A stretch of DNA of 64,000 nt, from assembly GCA_034189385.1 (NCBI GenBank), contig JAXHVD010000006.1, forward strand, positions 1-64,000, read 5' to 3'. The position numbers and the translations under genes are program-made. The notes beneath the pieces were generated by a model. The model saw only the letters and a program-made list of their open reading frames with translations, searched no databases and was not told where the DNA came from. Within the stretch, counting starts at the first letter, position 1. Each line of letters starts with the position of its first letter. Shown here piece by piece: positions 50,432 to 59,624 of the stretch. This stretch comes from Thermodesulfobacteriota bacterium. GTDB lineage: Bacteria; Desulfobacterota; Desulfobacteria; Desulfobacterales; C00003060.

Positions 50432-51250
50432 ATGGGATGGCTGCAGGCTATTCTCCTCGGCATTGTGCAGGGGCTCACGGAGTTCCTCCCCGTCAGCAGT
50501 TCAGGGCATTTGGTGCTTCTGCAATCTCTCTTTGGATTACAGGAACCAGAGCTCTTCTTTGATGTCTCGGTCCACGTTGGCACCTTGCTGGCTGTGTGTG
50601 TGGTTTTCTTTCGGGACCTCAGAGACATGGCATTGGCCTTTTTTTCCAGGTCTACTTGGTCTGCCGGCAACATCGGTCGTCTGCAGCAATGGCGCCAGGT
50701 GCCGGAAATAAGACTACTCACCCTCATTTTCATCGGATCTCTACCTACGGCCGTTCTTGGGCTGGCCTTTCGACCCTTGGCCGCGATCCTCTTTTCCTCC
50801 ATACGAGTGGTTGGTATCATGTTATTGGTCACGGGCTTCTTACTCTGGTTCACGCGGCCCATGAAGAAAAAGGGGAGGACTGAGCTTACCGCTTGGGATG
50901 CTATCTGCGTTGGTATGATGCAAGGGTTGGCTATATTGCCTGGAATATCTCGGTCTGGGAGCACCATCGCTATGGGCTTGTTCAAAGGCCTGGATCGAGA
51001 AACAGCAGCTCGCTACTCCTTTCTGCTATCCATCCCCGCAATCGTGGGGGCCATGGCCCTGGAATTAGCTCAGGCCAAAATCTCCGGCATGCCCCCCCTT
51101 GGACCTGCCGCGGTGGGGGCCTGTGTGGCCGGAGCTGTAGGATATGTGGCTCTTAAGACCTTAATAGGCCTGGTGAAGAAAGGAGCACTTCATACCTTTG
51201 CATACTACTGCTGGCCTCTTGGGGGCATCGTCATCTTCTGCTCGTTGTGA
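50432..51250 (+). CDS. uppP: Undecaprenyl-diphosphate phosphatase
   Basis: QGLTEFLPVSSSGHL, PGISRSG. Confidence 0.95.
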   Translation: MGWLQAILLGIVQGLTEFLPVSSSGHLVLLQSLFGLQEPELFFDVSVHVGTLLAVCVVFFRDLRDMALAFFSRSTWSAGNIGRLQQWRQVPEIRLLTLIFIGSLPTAVLGLAFRPLAAILFSSIRVVGIMLLVTGFLLWFTRPMKKKGRTELTAWDAICVGMMQGLAILPGISRSGSTIAMGLFKGLDRETAARYSFLLSIPAIVGAMALELAQAKISGMPPLGPAAVGACVAGAVGYVALKTLIGLVKKGALHTFAYYCWPLGGIVIFCSL

Positions 51251-51414
51251 AACTCAAAAATGATGGATGGCCTGTCGGGTGAAAAGCGGAGCAAATAGCC
51301 AGCATTTTTAACCCTGAACACCTTCAGTGCCTATTCCCTCCGCCAGGGCGGACTCAATGTCGCCTACAAAAGACTTTCTATGAAAACACCAAGCGTATTT
51401 ATCAAGGAGGCACC

Positions 51415-52788
51415 ATGCACCCGGGGATCTTTAGAAAATATGACATTCGTGGAATTGTGGACAAGGATATCAGTGAACAAGACGTCGTTTTGATTGGAAA
51501 GGGGTTTGGAACGTACCTGCAGACTGAACAACGATCACGTATCATTGTGGGGCGGGACTGCCGCTTGAGTTCCGACAGCTACAGAGACCTCTTGGTGGCA
51601 GGGCTCCTTGCCACAGGATGTGATGTCTTAGACATAGGGATATGTCCCACGCCAGTCTTCTATTTTTCCATCAGACATTTTCAAAAGCAGGGGGGAGTCA
51701 TCATCACCGCCAGTCATAATCCTGGTGAGTATAATGGCTTCAAGCTATGCAGTGGGTACGATACTCTCTATGGGAAGCAGATACAAAAGGTTTTACAGAT
51801 CATCGAAAAGGGGGATTTTGCCGAGGGTAGAGGGAAACTGGAAACGGCTGAGGTCGTGAGACCTTATACGGAGTTCTTGAAAAACAATATTAACCTCACA
51901 AAACCCATGAGGGTCGGTGTTGATGCAGGTAACGGCACTGCTGGTGTGGTGGCAGTGCCTATCTTAAGGGAACTGGGCTGTGATGTCTTTGATCTCTATT
52001 GTGATTTGGACGGCACTTTTCCCAACCACGAGGCGGATCCCACAGTGGCAGACAACATGCAGGACCTCATCGCCTTGGTTCTGGACAAGAAACTCGACAT
52101 TGGCGTAGGTTATGACGGTGATGGAGACCGTATCGGCGTCATTGACGAAAAGGGCAACATCATTTGGGGCGACCAACTCATGATCGTGTTCGCCAGAGAG
52201 ATTCTCTCCCGCAAGCCAGGGGCGACGTTTATTTCAGAGGTGAAGTGCTCTCAAACCCTTTACGACGATATTGAAAGACACGGCGGTAAGGCCATCATGT
52301 GGAAGACAGGCCACTCTCTTATCAAACAGAAGATGAAAGAGGTGAAGGCCGAACTGGCCGGTGAGATGAGCGGACACGTCTTCTTTGCCGACAGATACTT
52401 CGGCTATGATGATGCCATCTATGCCTCTTGTCGCCTCTTGGAGATCTTGGGCACTACAGGTAAGACCATTTCCGACTTGTTGAGTGATGTCCCAAAAACA
52501 TATAACACGCCAGAAATCCGTGTCCCCTGTCCAGATGACAAGAAATTCCAACTAGTAGAAGAAATTACCGAGTATTACCGACGGCGTCAGGACATCATTG
52601 ACATAGACGGCGTGCGTGTTCTTTTTGACGACGGCTGGGGACTGGTGAGGGCTTCGAATACGCAGCCGGTGCTGGTGTTGCGGTTTGAGGCCTTTTCATT
52701 GGAGCGGCTTTCAGAGATCCGTTCACAGGTCGAATCGGTTCTGGCCGACATACAAAACAGCCATGGGGGGCCGTGGAAGGCCCTATGA
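51415..52788 (+). CDS. Phosphomannomutase/phosphoglucomutase (AlgC-like)
   Basis: YDIRG, TASHNP, DGDGDR, GEMSGH, RASNT. Confidence 0.95.
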   Translation: MHPGIFRKYDIRGIVDKDISEQDVVLIGKGFGTYLQTEQRSRIIVGRDCRLSSDSYRDLLVAGLLATGCDVLDIGICPTPVFYFSIRHFQKQGGVIITASHNPGEYNGFKLCSGYDTLYGKQIQKVLQIIEKGDFAEGRGKLETAEVVRPYTEFLKNNINLTKPMRVGVDAGNGTAGVVAVPILRELGCDVFDLYCDLDGTFPNHEADPTVADNMQDLIALVLDKKLDIGVGYDGDGDRIGVIDEKGNIIWGDQLMIVFAREILSRKPGATFISEVKCSQTLYDDIERHGGKAIMWKTGHSLIKQKMKEVKAELAGEMSGHVFFADRYFGYDDAIYASCRLLEILGTTGKTISDLLSDVPKTYNTPEIRVPCPDDKKFQLVEEITEYYRRRQDIIDIDGVRVLFDDGWGLVRASNTQPVLVLRFEAFSLERLSEIRSQVESVLADIQNSHGGPWKAL

Positions 52789-52905
52789 AGCATCTTAAGC
52801 CCAGGCCTTCAAGAAATCTTACTTGACTTATCAAAGTCTTATTCAGTATTAGTAGTATGTATGGTCCTTGGGAAATGAGTTCAACACTGGGCAGATGGAG
52901 GCGTT

Positions 52906-53181
52906 ATGAACAAGTCAGGTCTTGTAGATGCGTTGCAACACGAAGTGGACATTAGCAAGGCAAAGGCCGAGGCCGTCATTGACATCTTTTTTGATGCCAT
53001 GTCTAGTGCCCTTGCAGAAGGCGATAGGGTTGAAATTCGCGGTTTTTGCAGCATTTTTGTGAGAGAATACAAGGGGTATGTGGGAAGGAATCCAAAAACG
53101 GGTGGGGCAGTTGAAATACCGCCCAAGAAGCTTCCTTTTTTCAGGTGTGGAAAAGAACTAAAAGAGCGGGTCGATTATTGA
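52906..53181 (+). CDS. ihfB: IHF-beta/HU family DNA-binding protein
   Basis: RVEIRGF, GRNPKTG, GKELKERV. Confidence 0.85.
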   Translation: MNKSGLVDALQHEVDISKAKAEAVIDIFFDAMSSALAEGDRVEIRGFCSIFVREYKGYVGRNPKTGGAVEIPPKKLPFFRCGKELKERVDY

Positions 53182-53382
53182 ACAAGCCACCATCAAAAGC
53201 ATGGCCCTTTCACGCAAGAAGCATCACAGCCCCTCCTTGCTATCCCCCTTCGAGCACCATCTCCTCAAAATAGCTCGAACAAATCATGCAACGGCCCTCT
53301 CTTTCTTGCTCAGGTAGACCCGCCCTAAGACCCATCCAGGGACACCATTCATCGCACAAAGCCATGTGAACGAGACACAACC

Positions 53383-53991
53383 CTAAGAGCGCAGAGACGA
53401 ATGCTCGGTGCCGCTGAGCAGACGCCTAACGTTGTCGGCGTGACGAGCGAAAACAAAAAACGCCATCACCAAGGTGCAACCAGTCATGAGCACAGAGTGC
53501 GTGGCAAGCCACATAGCCCCTGGGAGGACAGCCGCCCCTGCCAGGGATCCGGCTGAGGAATAGCCCGAACTGCACAGCACCAGCACATAGACAAGCACGC
53601 ATATGACGAAGACGAGAGGAGACATGATCAGCAAACACCCGGCAGCAGTGGCCACGCCTTTACCTCCCTTAAAGCCCAAAAATACAGAAAAGAGGTGCCC
53701 TGCAAAGGCTGCAAGGGCTATCAGACACATCACCATCTCACCTGTCCAGCCAGAGAGGCCTACCCAGGACACGGCCATGAGTACAGGCACAGCGCCCTTT
53801 AAGAGGTCTCCAACAAGTGTCAAAATCCCTAGTCTTTTTCCGGCAACACGATAGACATTGTAGGCGCCGATATTGCCACTTCCGGCCTCACGGATATCTC
53901 CATGGCCAAACACACGGGTTAAAATCACCCCCCATGGCACAGAACCCATCACATAAGCAAAGGGAAGCAAGATGATGGCCTTGGAAATCAT
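53383..53991 (-). CDS. plsY: Glycerol-3-phosphate acyltransferase
   Basis: GSGN.GA.N, D..KG, GH......GGKGVA, RH..N. Confidence 0.95.
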   Translation of the reverse strand: MISKAIILLPFAYVMGSVPWGVILTRVFGHGDIREAGSGNIGAYNVYRVAGKRLGILTLVGDLLKGAVPVLMAVSWVGLSGWTGEMVMCLIALAAFAGHLFSVFLGFKGGKGVATAAGCLLIMSPLVFVICVLVYVLVLCSSGYSSAGSLAGAAVLPGAMWLATHSVLMTGCTLVMAFFVFARHADNVRRLLSGTEHSSLRS

Positions 53992-54011
53992 AGGGTTTCC
54001 ACACGCAGACG

Positions 54012-54686
54012 CTATTGGGGCTCGCTGGCAGGGTTTCGGATTTTGGCTTGGCAGAAAGCGATGTACTGAAGGGCCTCGTAGTGAACGCCTAGGTCCGGAT
54101 AAGAGGTGAGAACCATCTTAAAACGTTCCAGAGCGGCCTTATAGTGTTTGGTTCTATAGTAGAACCTTCCCACGTGGAACGAATGCTCGGCCAGATTCTT
54201 TTGACAAGTCCTGATGTGTGCCTTGGCCTTCTTGGCCTGGGGGCTTTCAGGATAACTCCGGATCAGCCTTTCAAAGGTCTGGACGGCTTCCCGGGCCGTC
54301 GTCTGGTCGCGGTCAACGGCCTGCAGCTGGTCAAAATAGCACCGACCTATCTGATACACCACGTACGGAACGGCCTCATTTTTTGGATGAAGGTTTGCAA
54401 ATGCCTCGTAGGCCACAATGGCTTCGTTGAACTGCCTGAGGTAATAATGGGCATCACCGAGTTTGAGTTCAGCAAGAATTGCATATTTACTAAAGGGATA
54501 CCAGTCCCTCAGCTTTTCGAACACTTCAACGCTTCGGCTATAGTTCTCGCGCCTGAATGCGTCCATGCCCTCGTGGGCCAGTTCTTGGGCAGTACTCTCC
54601 GCTTTTGGCTGAAGCCAGGCACAGCCGAACACCTGGAGGGCCAGCCAGAGGATGACTGCAATATAGAATACTCCCTTCACATTCAC
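54012..54686 (-). CDS. bamD: Outer membrane assembly lipoprotein BamD
   Basis: Lipobox VFGC; TPR repeats; YPFS, HP, DRDQ. Confidence 0.9.
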   Translation of the reverse strand: MNVKGVFYIAVILWLALQVFGCAWLQPKAESTAQELAHEGMDAFRRENYSRSVEVFEKLRDWYPFSKYAILAELKLGDAHYYLRQFNEAIVAYEAFANLHPKNEAVPYVVYQIGRCYFDQLQAVDRDQTTAREAVQTFERLIRSYPESPQAKKAKAHIRTCQKNLAEHSFHVGRFYYRTKHYKAALERFKMVLTSYPDLGVHYEALQYIAFCQAKIRNPASEPQ

Positions 54687-54805
54687 GAAAAGTATATCCT
54701 CGTATAGACTAGAAGCTGAAACCCCTAAGCCATAAAAAAAAGGCTGACATTTCTATTTCGTTGACCCTTCAGCCTTGACCTCTGAGCTTTTCCCGCATGT
54801 TTCGG

Positions 54806-55717
54806 TCAGGAATCGCCAAGTTTTTTGGCATATAAGGCGGCCTCTATCCCCGCCACACAACCCTCTCCTACGGCCTTAGCCATTTGCCAGGGCTGGCCAG
54901 TAATATCTCCAGCGGCATATAGACCCGGGATGTTCGTCTCCTGCTTCTTGTTCGTCTCGATAAAACTAAAGGTCTCGGAATCAAACACTACGCCCAGGTT
55001 AGCTGCCAACTCCATGGCGCCCTTTGCTCCAAGTTCAATGAAGATGCCGCTTAGCTTTATGCGCTCTTCATTGGTCAGCAACACTTCTTCCACTTCATTG
55101 TCTCCCAGAATCTCCTTCACCCATGTACCATGCAGGGTAATGACATCGCTCTTCTCGAGCCGATCGTAAAGCGACTCGTTGACCGCGAGCTTTCGACACA
55201 CCAGATAGACTTTGTTGGCATAACCTAAAAGGGTCAGGGCACCGGTGACGGCTGCGCTTTCATTGCCCACCACGGCCACGTCCATGCCCCTGTAAAAGTT
55301 GGCATCGCAATCGACACAATAGCTCACACCGCGGCCCAGAAAGCCCTTTTCATTTTTCACGCCGAGCCTTTTTCGGGAGATGCCCATGCTAAGGATAAGC
55401 GTCTTGGAATAAAAGGTCTCGTTGTTTTCCGTCACCACAATGAATCTTCCATGCTCGTTCTTGGTTTCAATGATGTCCTGTCCCATAAACTCGGCATCAA
55501 AGCCCTGGGCCTGCTTCCTGCCAGCCTCTAGGATATCCTTGCCACTCACGACCTTCTCGTAGCAGCAGTAGTTGGCTACATGGGCCTTGTAGAGACTACT
55601 TTTCTCAGGTCTTCCAAAAACAATGACCCTTGCCCTCTTTCCAGCGGCATGGATGGCCGCCTGGAGGCCAGCTGGACCACAGCCGATGATGGCCACATCG
55701 TAAAAATCTTCAGCCAC
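54806..55717 (-). CDS. trxB: Thioredoxin reductase
   Basis: GCGPAG, GRGVSYCVDCD, AAGD; adjacent to trxA. Confidence 0.85.
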   Translation of the reverse strand: MAEDFYDVAIIGCGPAGLQAAIHAAGKRARVIVFGRPEKSSLYKAHVANYCCYEKVVSGKDILEAGRKQAQGFDAEFMGQDIIETKNEHGRFIVVTENNETFYSKTLILSMGISRKRLGVKNEKGFLGRGVSYCVDCDANFYRGMDVAVVGNESAAVTGALTLLGYANKVYLVCRKLAVNESLYDRLEKSDVITLHGTWVKEILGDNEVEEVLLTNEERIKLSGIFIELGAKGAMELAANLGVVFDSETFSFIETNKKQETNIPGLYAAGDITGQPWQMAKAVGEGCVAGIEAALYAKKLGDS

Positions 55718-56047
55718 TTAAAGGACCTTTTTCACGCATTCTTCGAGGTGAGATTTCGGTACGGCACCAACAATCTGGTCGACCACCTTGCCATCTCGAA
55801 ACAGGATAACGGTGGGAATCGCCCGTATGCCATACTGACCTGGGGTGTTTGGGCTCTGATCCACGTTGCACCTTGCAAAGATGATGCTCTCGCCGTAGGT
55901 TTCGGCCAGTTCGTCCATGACTGGAGCGATGGCCTTGCACGGACCGCACCAGGGTGCCCAAAAATCCACTAGAGCAGGCTTTTCGGCCTTTAATATGTCT
56001 GATTCAAAGTTACTGTCACTAACCTCTAGAACATCTTGTTCTGCCAT
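55718..56047 (-). CDS. trxA: Thioredoxin
   Basis: WCGPC; RBS AGGAG before 56047. Confidence 0.95.
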   Translation of the reverse strand: MAEQDVLEVSDSNFESDILKAEKPALVDFWAPWCGPCKAIAPVMDELAETYGESIIFARCNVDQSPNTPGQYGIRAIPTVILFRDGKVVDQIVGAVPKSHLEECVKKVL

Positions 56048-56229
56048 AATGTGACTCCTTCTTTCCTGATCAAGCAGGTCGGGGGTTTTTGCGGGCCATT
56101 TATAAGCACAGTGCCTAGGCTTTGTCAACTTCAAGTAGGCCCAGCCTACAGGGCAAATAAAACCATATTGGAGACGGGGTCTTAGGCCTTGACACCTTGG
56201 TCATATGGTATTAATAGTACGCCTTAGCC

Positions 56230-56305
56230 GGGCCGTTAACTCAGTCGGTAGAGTATCTGCCTTTTAAGCAGAGAGTCGCGCGTTCGAGCCGCGCACGGCC
56301 CACCA
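56230..56305 (+). tRNA. tRNA-Lys(UUU)
   Basis: GGGCCGT/ACGGCCC acceptor stem, anticodon TTT, TTCGA loop, CCA end. Confidence 0.97.
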
Positions 56306-56313
56306 GAAGCTGC

Positions 56314-56391
56314 GTCCCCATCGTCTAGTCTGGTCCAGGACACCGGCCTTTCACGCCGGCAACACCGGTTCAAATCCGGTTGGGGACGCCA
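56314..56391 (+). tRNA. tRNA-Glu(UUC)
   Basis: GTCCCCA/TGGGGAC acceptor stem, anticodon TTC, TTCAA loop, CCA end. Confidence 0.97.
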
Positions 56392-56401
56392 ACTCGATAA
56401 C

Positions 56402-56431
56402 AAGCATCCTGTAAAAGGGTGCTTTTCTTTT
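56402..56431 (+). terminator. Terminator after the tRNA pair
   Basis: AAGCATCCT-GTAAA-AGGGTGCTT plus T tract. Confidence 0.7.
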
Positions 56432-56447
56432 GCCACAGTGAAAGAAG

Positions 56448-56496
56448 CCTTTCACGTCCCGATAACATCGGGATTCAAATCCGGTTGGGGACGCCA
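56448..56496 (+). repeat. Duplicated 3' half of tRNA-Glu (att-like site)
   Basis: 23 nt TTCAAATCCGGTTGGGGACGCCA identical to 56369-56391; degenerate match extends back to GCCTTTCACG. Confidence 0.85.
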
Positions 56497-56520
56497 TGCA
56501 ATCTCAAAGGGTTAGCCGCT

Positions 56521-56655
56521 TTAGTGGTTAACCCTTTTCTTGTTTGGGGTATGGCTGTGGGGAATTTCTGTCGTGGAAAGCAGATTGAGGGTCTCTCTTG
56601 GATCATCTTTGAGCGTCTTCATGTAGGGTTCCGTTGTGGCCAAGGTTTTTGTGCT
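56521..56655 (-). pseudogene. Probable tyrosine integrase C-terminal remnant
   Basis: With one frameshift reads HKN-LATTEPY...LNLLS...*, like the H...TT..Y catalytic box; stop lies next to the att site. Confidence 0.5.
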
Positions 56656-56727
56656 CTGGCACCAGCTCGTACGTCTAGGATAGTCAGCCTATTTGAAAAT
56701 GGCGGCGCCTGAAGTTTTTGATCGTTT

Positions 56728-56925
56728 GGTAACGTTCAAAAGTTGAGGCAAACTCTCTTGGCAGGCAGCTAAAAGGATAGGGAGGCGCTGAACGTAGGCA
56801 TACAGCCATTTCGATCCACACCCATGGTATGGGCTACTTAAAGGCATTGGATGCCGAAGCGAAGCGATTCGCCCTATCTGGAATGTCTATTCAGAAATAG
56901 ACTGTCACAACTTCTGAACGTCACT
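56728..56925. mobile_element. About 200 bp MITE with IS1-like TIRs (copy 2)
   Basis: Closely similar to 12877-13079; degenerate TSD GATCGTTT / AATCGTTC. Confidence 0.85.
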
Positions 56926-56931
56926 AATCGT

Positions 56932-58104
56932 TCACAGCAATGCCACCGGGAGTGAATCCAGTGTTCGGATATTGAGAGTGTATCGCCCTTTATCGCTGAG
57001 CGTCAGGAGGTCTTCATCAAGCAGCTTTTTTAAATCCCTCCGGGCGGTTCTTTCACTCACGTTTCTGTACAAAACGGCGAATGGGGCATGTTGAAACAGG
57101 TCGTTCAGGGTAACCGCGGACCCGCTTTCCAGTAACATAATCAACAAGTCATGCTGTCGGTGGGTTAGATCTCTTCGGTCTCTTAAGTACGCATAGAAAT
57201 CTCGGAGTGAAAATTTGCGAATGTAGGACGTAATTCTGTCTTTGAGTTGATTTAACGAGTCTACGACACCACTCAGAACGAATTGCAGAAAGGTTGTCAC
57301 ATCCTTGTTTTTGTCCTTTCTAGTAATGGAAAACGCTGAAAAATAATCATCGATATTCCTATAGTAGAAATTAGATAGCATGATGGGAATGTATTTGATT
57401 CCTGCGGAACGCATCACCAAAGCCTCAACCAATCTGGCTGTTCTCCCATTTCCATCGCCGAAAGGGTGTATGAGGGCTAAATGATAGTGAGATAGTGCAC
57501 CACGTATCAGCGGGTGTAGTTCCACAGTCTCCTTTCTGTTCATCCAGCTTACGTATTCTTCCATTACAATCTTTATGTCGGGGAAACATTTTGGCGGTGT
57601 GTAGACACCACCATGTTCCCTGTCGCCCACTTTGACGAGATGGCTTCGGTATTTCCCAGGGGCGTTATGTTGGTACGGAATCTGAGTTGTGATAATTCTA
57701 TGGATTTCTTTTATCAGTTTTTCATCAAACTCAAGTGGGGTATTTGAAACCGGTTGCTTGGCAACAAAATCGTACGCTACTTTGAGATTATCTATTTCCT
57801 GTTCGGCCTGTTGACTCTGCTTCACAAGGGCAGACTGGGATATGATTTCCCCCACTTCCTCTTCCGTCAAAGGATTGCCTTCCAACGCCGCTGTGCCAAA
57901 AATGGATCGACGTATGATCTCCTCTTCCAGCTTTGTTGATAGAGTCGGTAAGATAGGTAGATCACTGACGGTTCTGTAAAGCACTCTGGCCTCAAGGAAA
58001 AGCTCCGAGAGCCCCTTCTGAGAGAATCTCCTACTGAACACAAACTTACCAGATTTGAGGGTCAGAACCTTTCTTACCTGATTCTTGTCCATCATTTTGT
58101 CCAT
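56932..58104 (-). CDS. Fic-family protein with C-terminal HTH
   Basis: HPFGDGNGRTAR; inhibitory motif TAALEGN; SERTARRDL. Confidence 0.9.
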   Translation of the reverse strand: MDKMMDKNQVRKVLTLKSGKFVFSRRFSQKGLSELFLEARVLYRTVSDLPILPTLSTKLEEEIIRRSIFGTAALEGNPLTEEEVGEIISQSALVKQSQQAEQEIDNLKVAYDFVAKQPVSNTPLEFDEKLIKEIHRIITTQIPYQHNAPGKYRSHLVKVGDREHGGVYTPPKCFPDIKIVMEEYVSWMNRKETVELHPLIRGALSHYHLALIHPFGDGNGRTARLVEALVMRSAGIKYIPIMLSNFYYRNIDDYFSAFSITRKDKNKDVTTFLQFVLSGVVDSLNQLKDRITSYIRKFSLRDFYAYLRDRRDLTHRQHDLLIMLLESGSAVTLNDLFQHAPFAVLYRNVSERTARRDLKKLLDEDLLTLSDKGRYTLNIRTLDSLPVALL

Positions 58105-58398
58105 GGTTTTGTCACAACAAAAATAGCTATTTACAATTAGTTATATATATTTATTGCTCGATTTTGTCAATGTTTTTGTCCGGCCTGCATGCTTTTGAAA
58201 AATATAGCCCGCTTTTTCACCCTAATCCACCGCCGTTGCTAAGATAGAACTGCCACGAGTCTTGTAGTTGAACCGCTTGACTTTTTGTGCGGGTGAACAT
58301 AACGGCTGTATAGCAACTTGTTATAATGGATGCATTCTGCAATCGGATGTTGAAAGAGGGCAGAATGTACCTGGGATGAAACCACCACTTGGGGAAGA

Positions 58399-58823
58399 AT
58401 GAAAAAGTCAGACCTGAAAACCATCATCGCCAAAGGAGAAGACAGCCGTCTCCAATTTCAGTTTCTTATGTTGCAAAGGGGTTGCTCCCTTATCGAGGGC
58501 TCGGATCAGGCATCACACGGGCCTTGGAAGCCTGGCCCGAGATGGACTTTGTCGACGATCGAGACGGTTGCCTCTTTACAGCAACAGTTCGCCGAAAAAT
58601 GGGGAAAATGTCGGGGAAAATTTTGGCCGCGTTGAAAGAGAATGGGCATTTGACTATTCCTGAACTGGCCTCATTGATTGGTGTGACCGAACGTTCCATC
58701 GAAAGGAACATAAGAAAACTACAAAAGGAGGGGCTTCTGCGTCGTATCGGCCCGGCCAAAGGCGGCCATTGGGAGGTTCACAGTAACATACAACGAAGCC
58801 GAAACCCGTTTCTACCTTATTGA
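58399..58823 (+). pseudogene. Internally deleted AlbA_2(Schlafen)/HATPase/HTH regulator
   Basis: MKKSDLKTIIAKGEDSRLQF start fused out of frame to LPYRGLGSGI..A...LTIPELA..IG...R.IER....L...GGHW. Confidence 0.65.
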
Positions 58824-58982
58824 GCCAGTCCTTCGTGAAAAGGGCCACGGCGATCATCAATGGTTGAAGCTGAAAACGCCCGCACCTCTAATCTGCTTTG
58901 ACGCGATGAGTGTCAAGACAATTTGCGTAATTTTTCTGTTTTTTAAAATAGCCGCTTGACATCGAAGATATTTTTTGCCAGA

Positions 58983-59002
58983 TACTATACAAATGTATAG
59001 TA
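58983..59002. promoter_or_regulatory. Perfect palindrome over the lexA start; putative operator
   Basis: TACTATACA-AA-TGTATAGTA; TTGACA at 58956-58961. Confidence 0.6.
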
Positions 59003-59619
59003 CCCGAGTTCTCACGGACAGACAGGCACAAATTTTAGACTTTCTTCAAGATTTCAAGAATCAGAAGGGAGTGGCACCCACCTATAGGGAGATTTCAGGC
59101 CATTTTGGTTTTAGAAGTACCAAAGCAGCCTCTGACCATGTGCGTGCCTTAGAGAAAAAAGGCTACGTGCGCCTTCACGGGAACCGCTCCCGCAGCATAG
59201 AAATAATATCGCTAAAAACTGATTCAATCGGCCAGGTCGTTTCAATACCAATATTGGGAGCAATCCCAGCTGGAAGGCCCGAGAGAAAAGAAGAAGTTCT
59301 GTCGAGTGCCATCTCTGTCGACGAACGAATTCTTGGCAATCGCAAAGGGCATCGGCTATTTGCGCTGAAAGTTACAGGCCAATCTATGACGGGACGCAGC
59401 GTCTTTGACGGGGATTGGGTTATCGTAGATGCGGATGCGTCTGCCAAAGACGGCGATATGGTTGTAGGCTTGATCGACGGCGATACCACACTTAAAACCC
59501 TTGCCAAGAAGAACAGACGCTTTTATCTGAAGTCGGAAAATCCAGACTATACGGATTGGGTCCCCATGGAAGAGATGGCCGTTCAAGGGATTGTGAAGGC
59601 CCTTATCAGACGGATATAG
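58993..59619 (+). CDS. lexA: LexA-family repressor (S24 autopeptidase)
   Basis: LT.RQ, PT.REI...GF.S, PAG cleavage site, GQSM Ser, TLK Lys. Confidence 0.9.
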   Translation: MYSTRVLTDRQAQILDFLQDFKNQKGVAPTYREISGHFGFRSTKAASDHVRALEKKGYVRLHGNRSRSIEIISLKTDSIGQVVSIPILGAIPAGRPERKEEVLSSAISVDERILGNRKGHRLFALKVTGQSMTGRSVFDGDWVIVDADASAKDGDMVVGLIDGDTTLKTLAKKNRRFYLKSENPDYTDWVPMEEMAVQGIVKALIRRI

Positions 59620-59624
59620 AAGCC

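Noticed and set aside
56236..56436. 66 aa minus-strand ORF
   Set aside because: Antisense to the two tRNA genes.
56448..56496. Third tRNA gene
   Set aside because: Lacks the 5' acceptor strand and D arm; it is a partial duplication.
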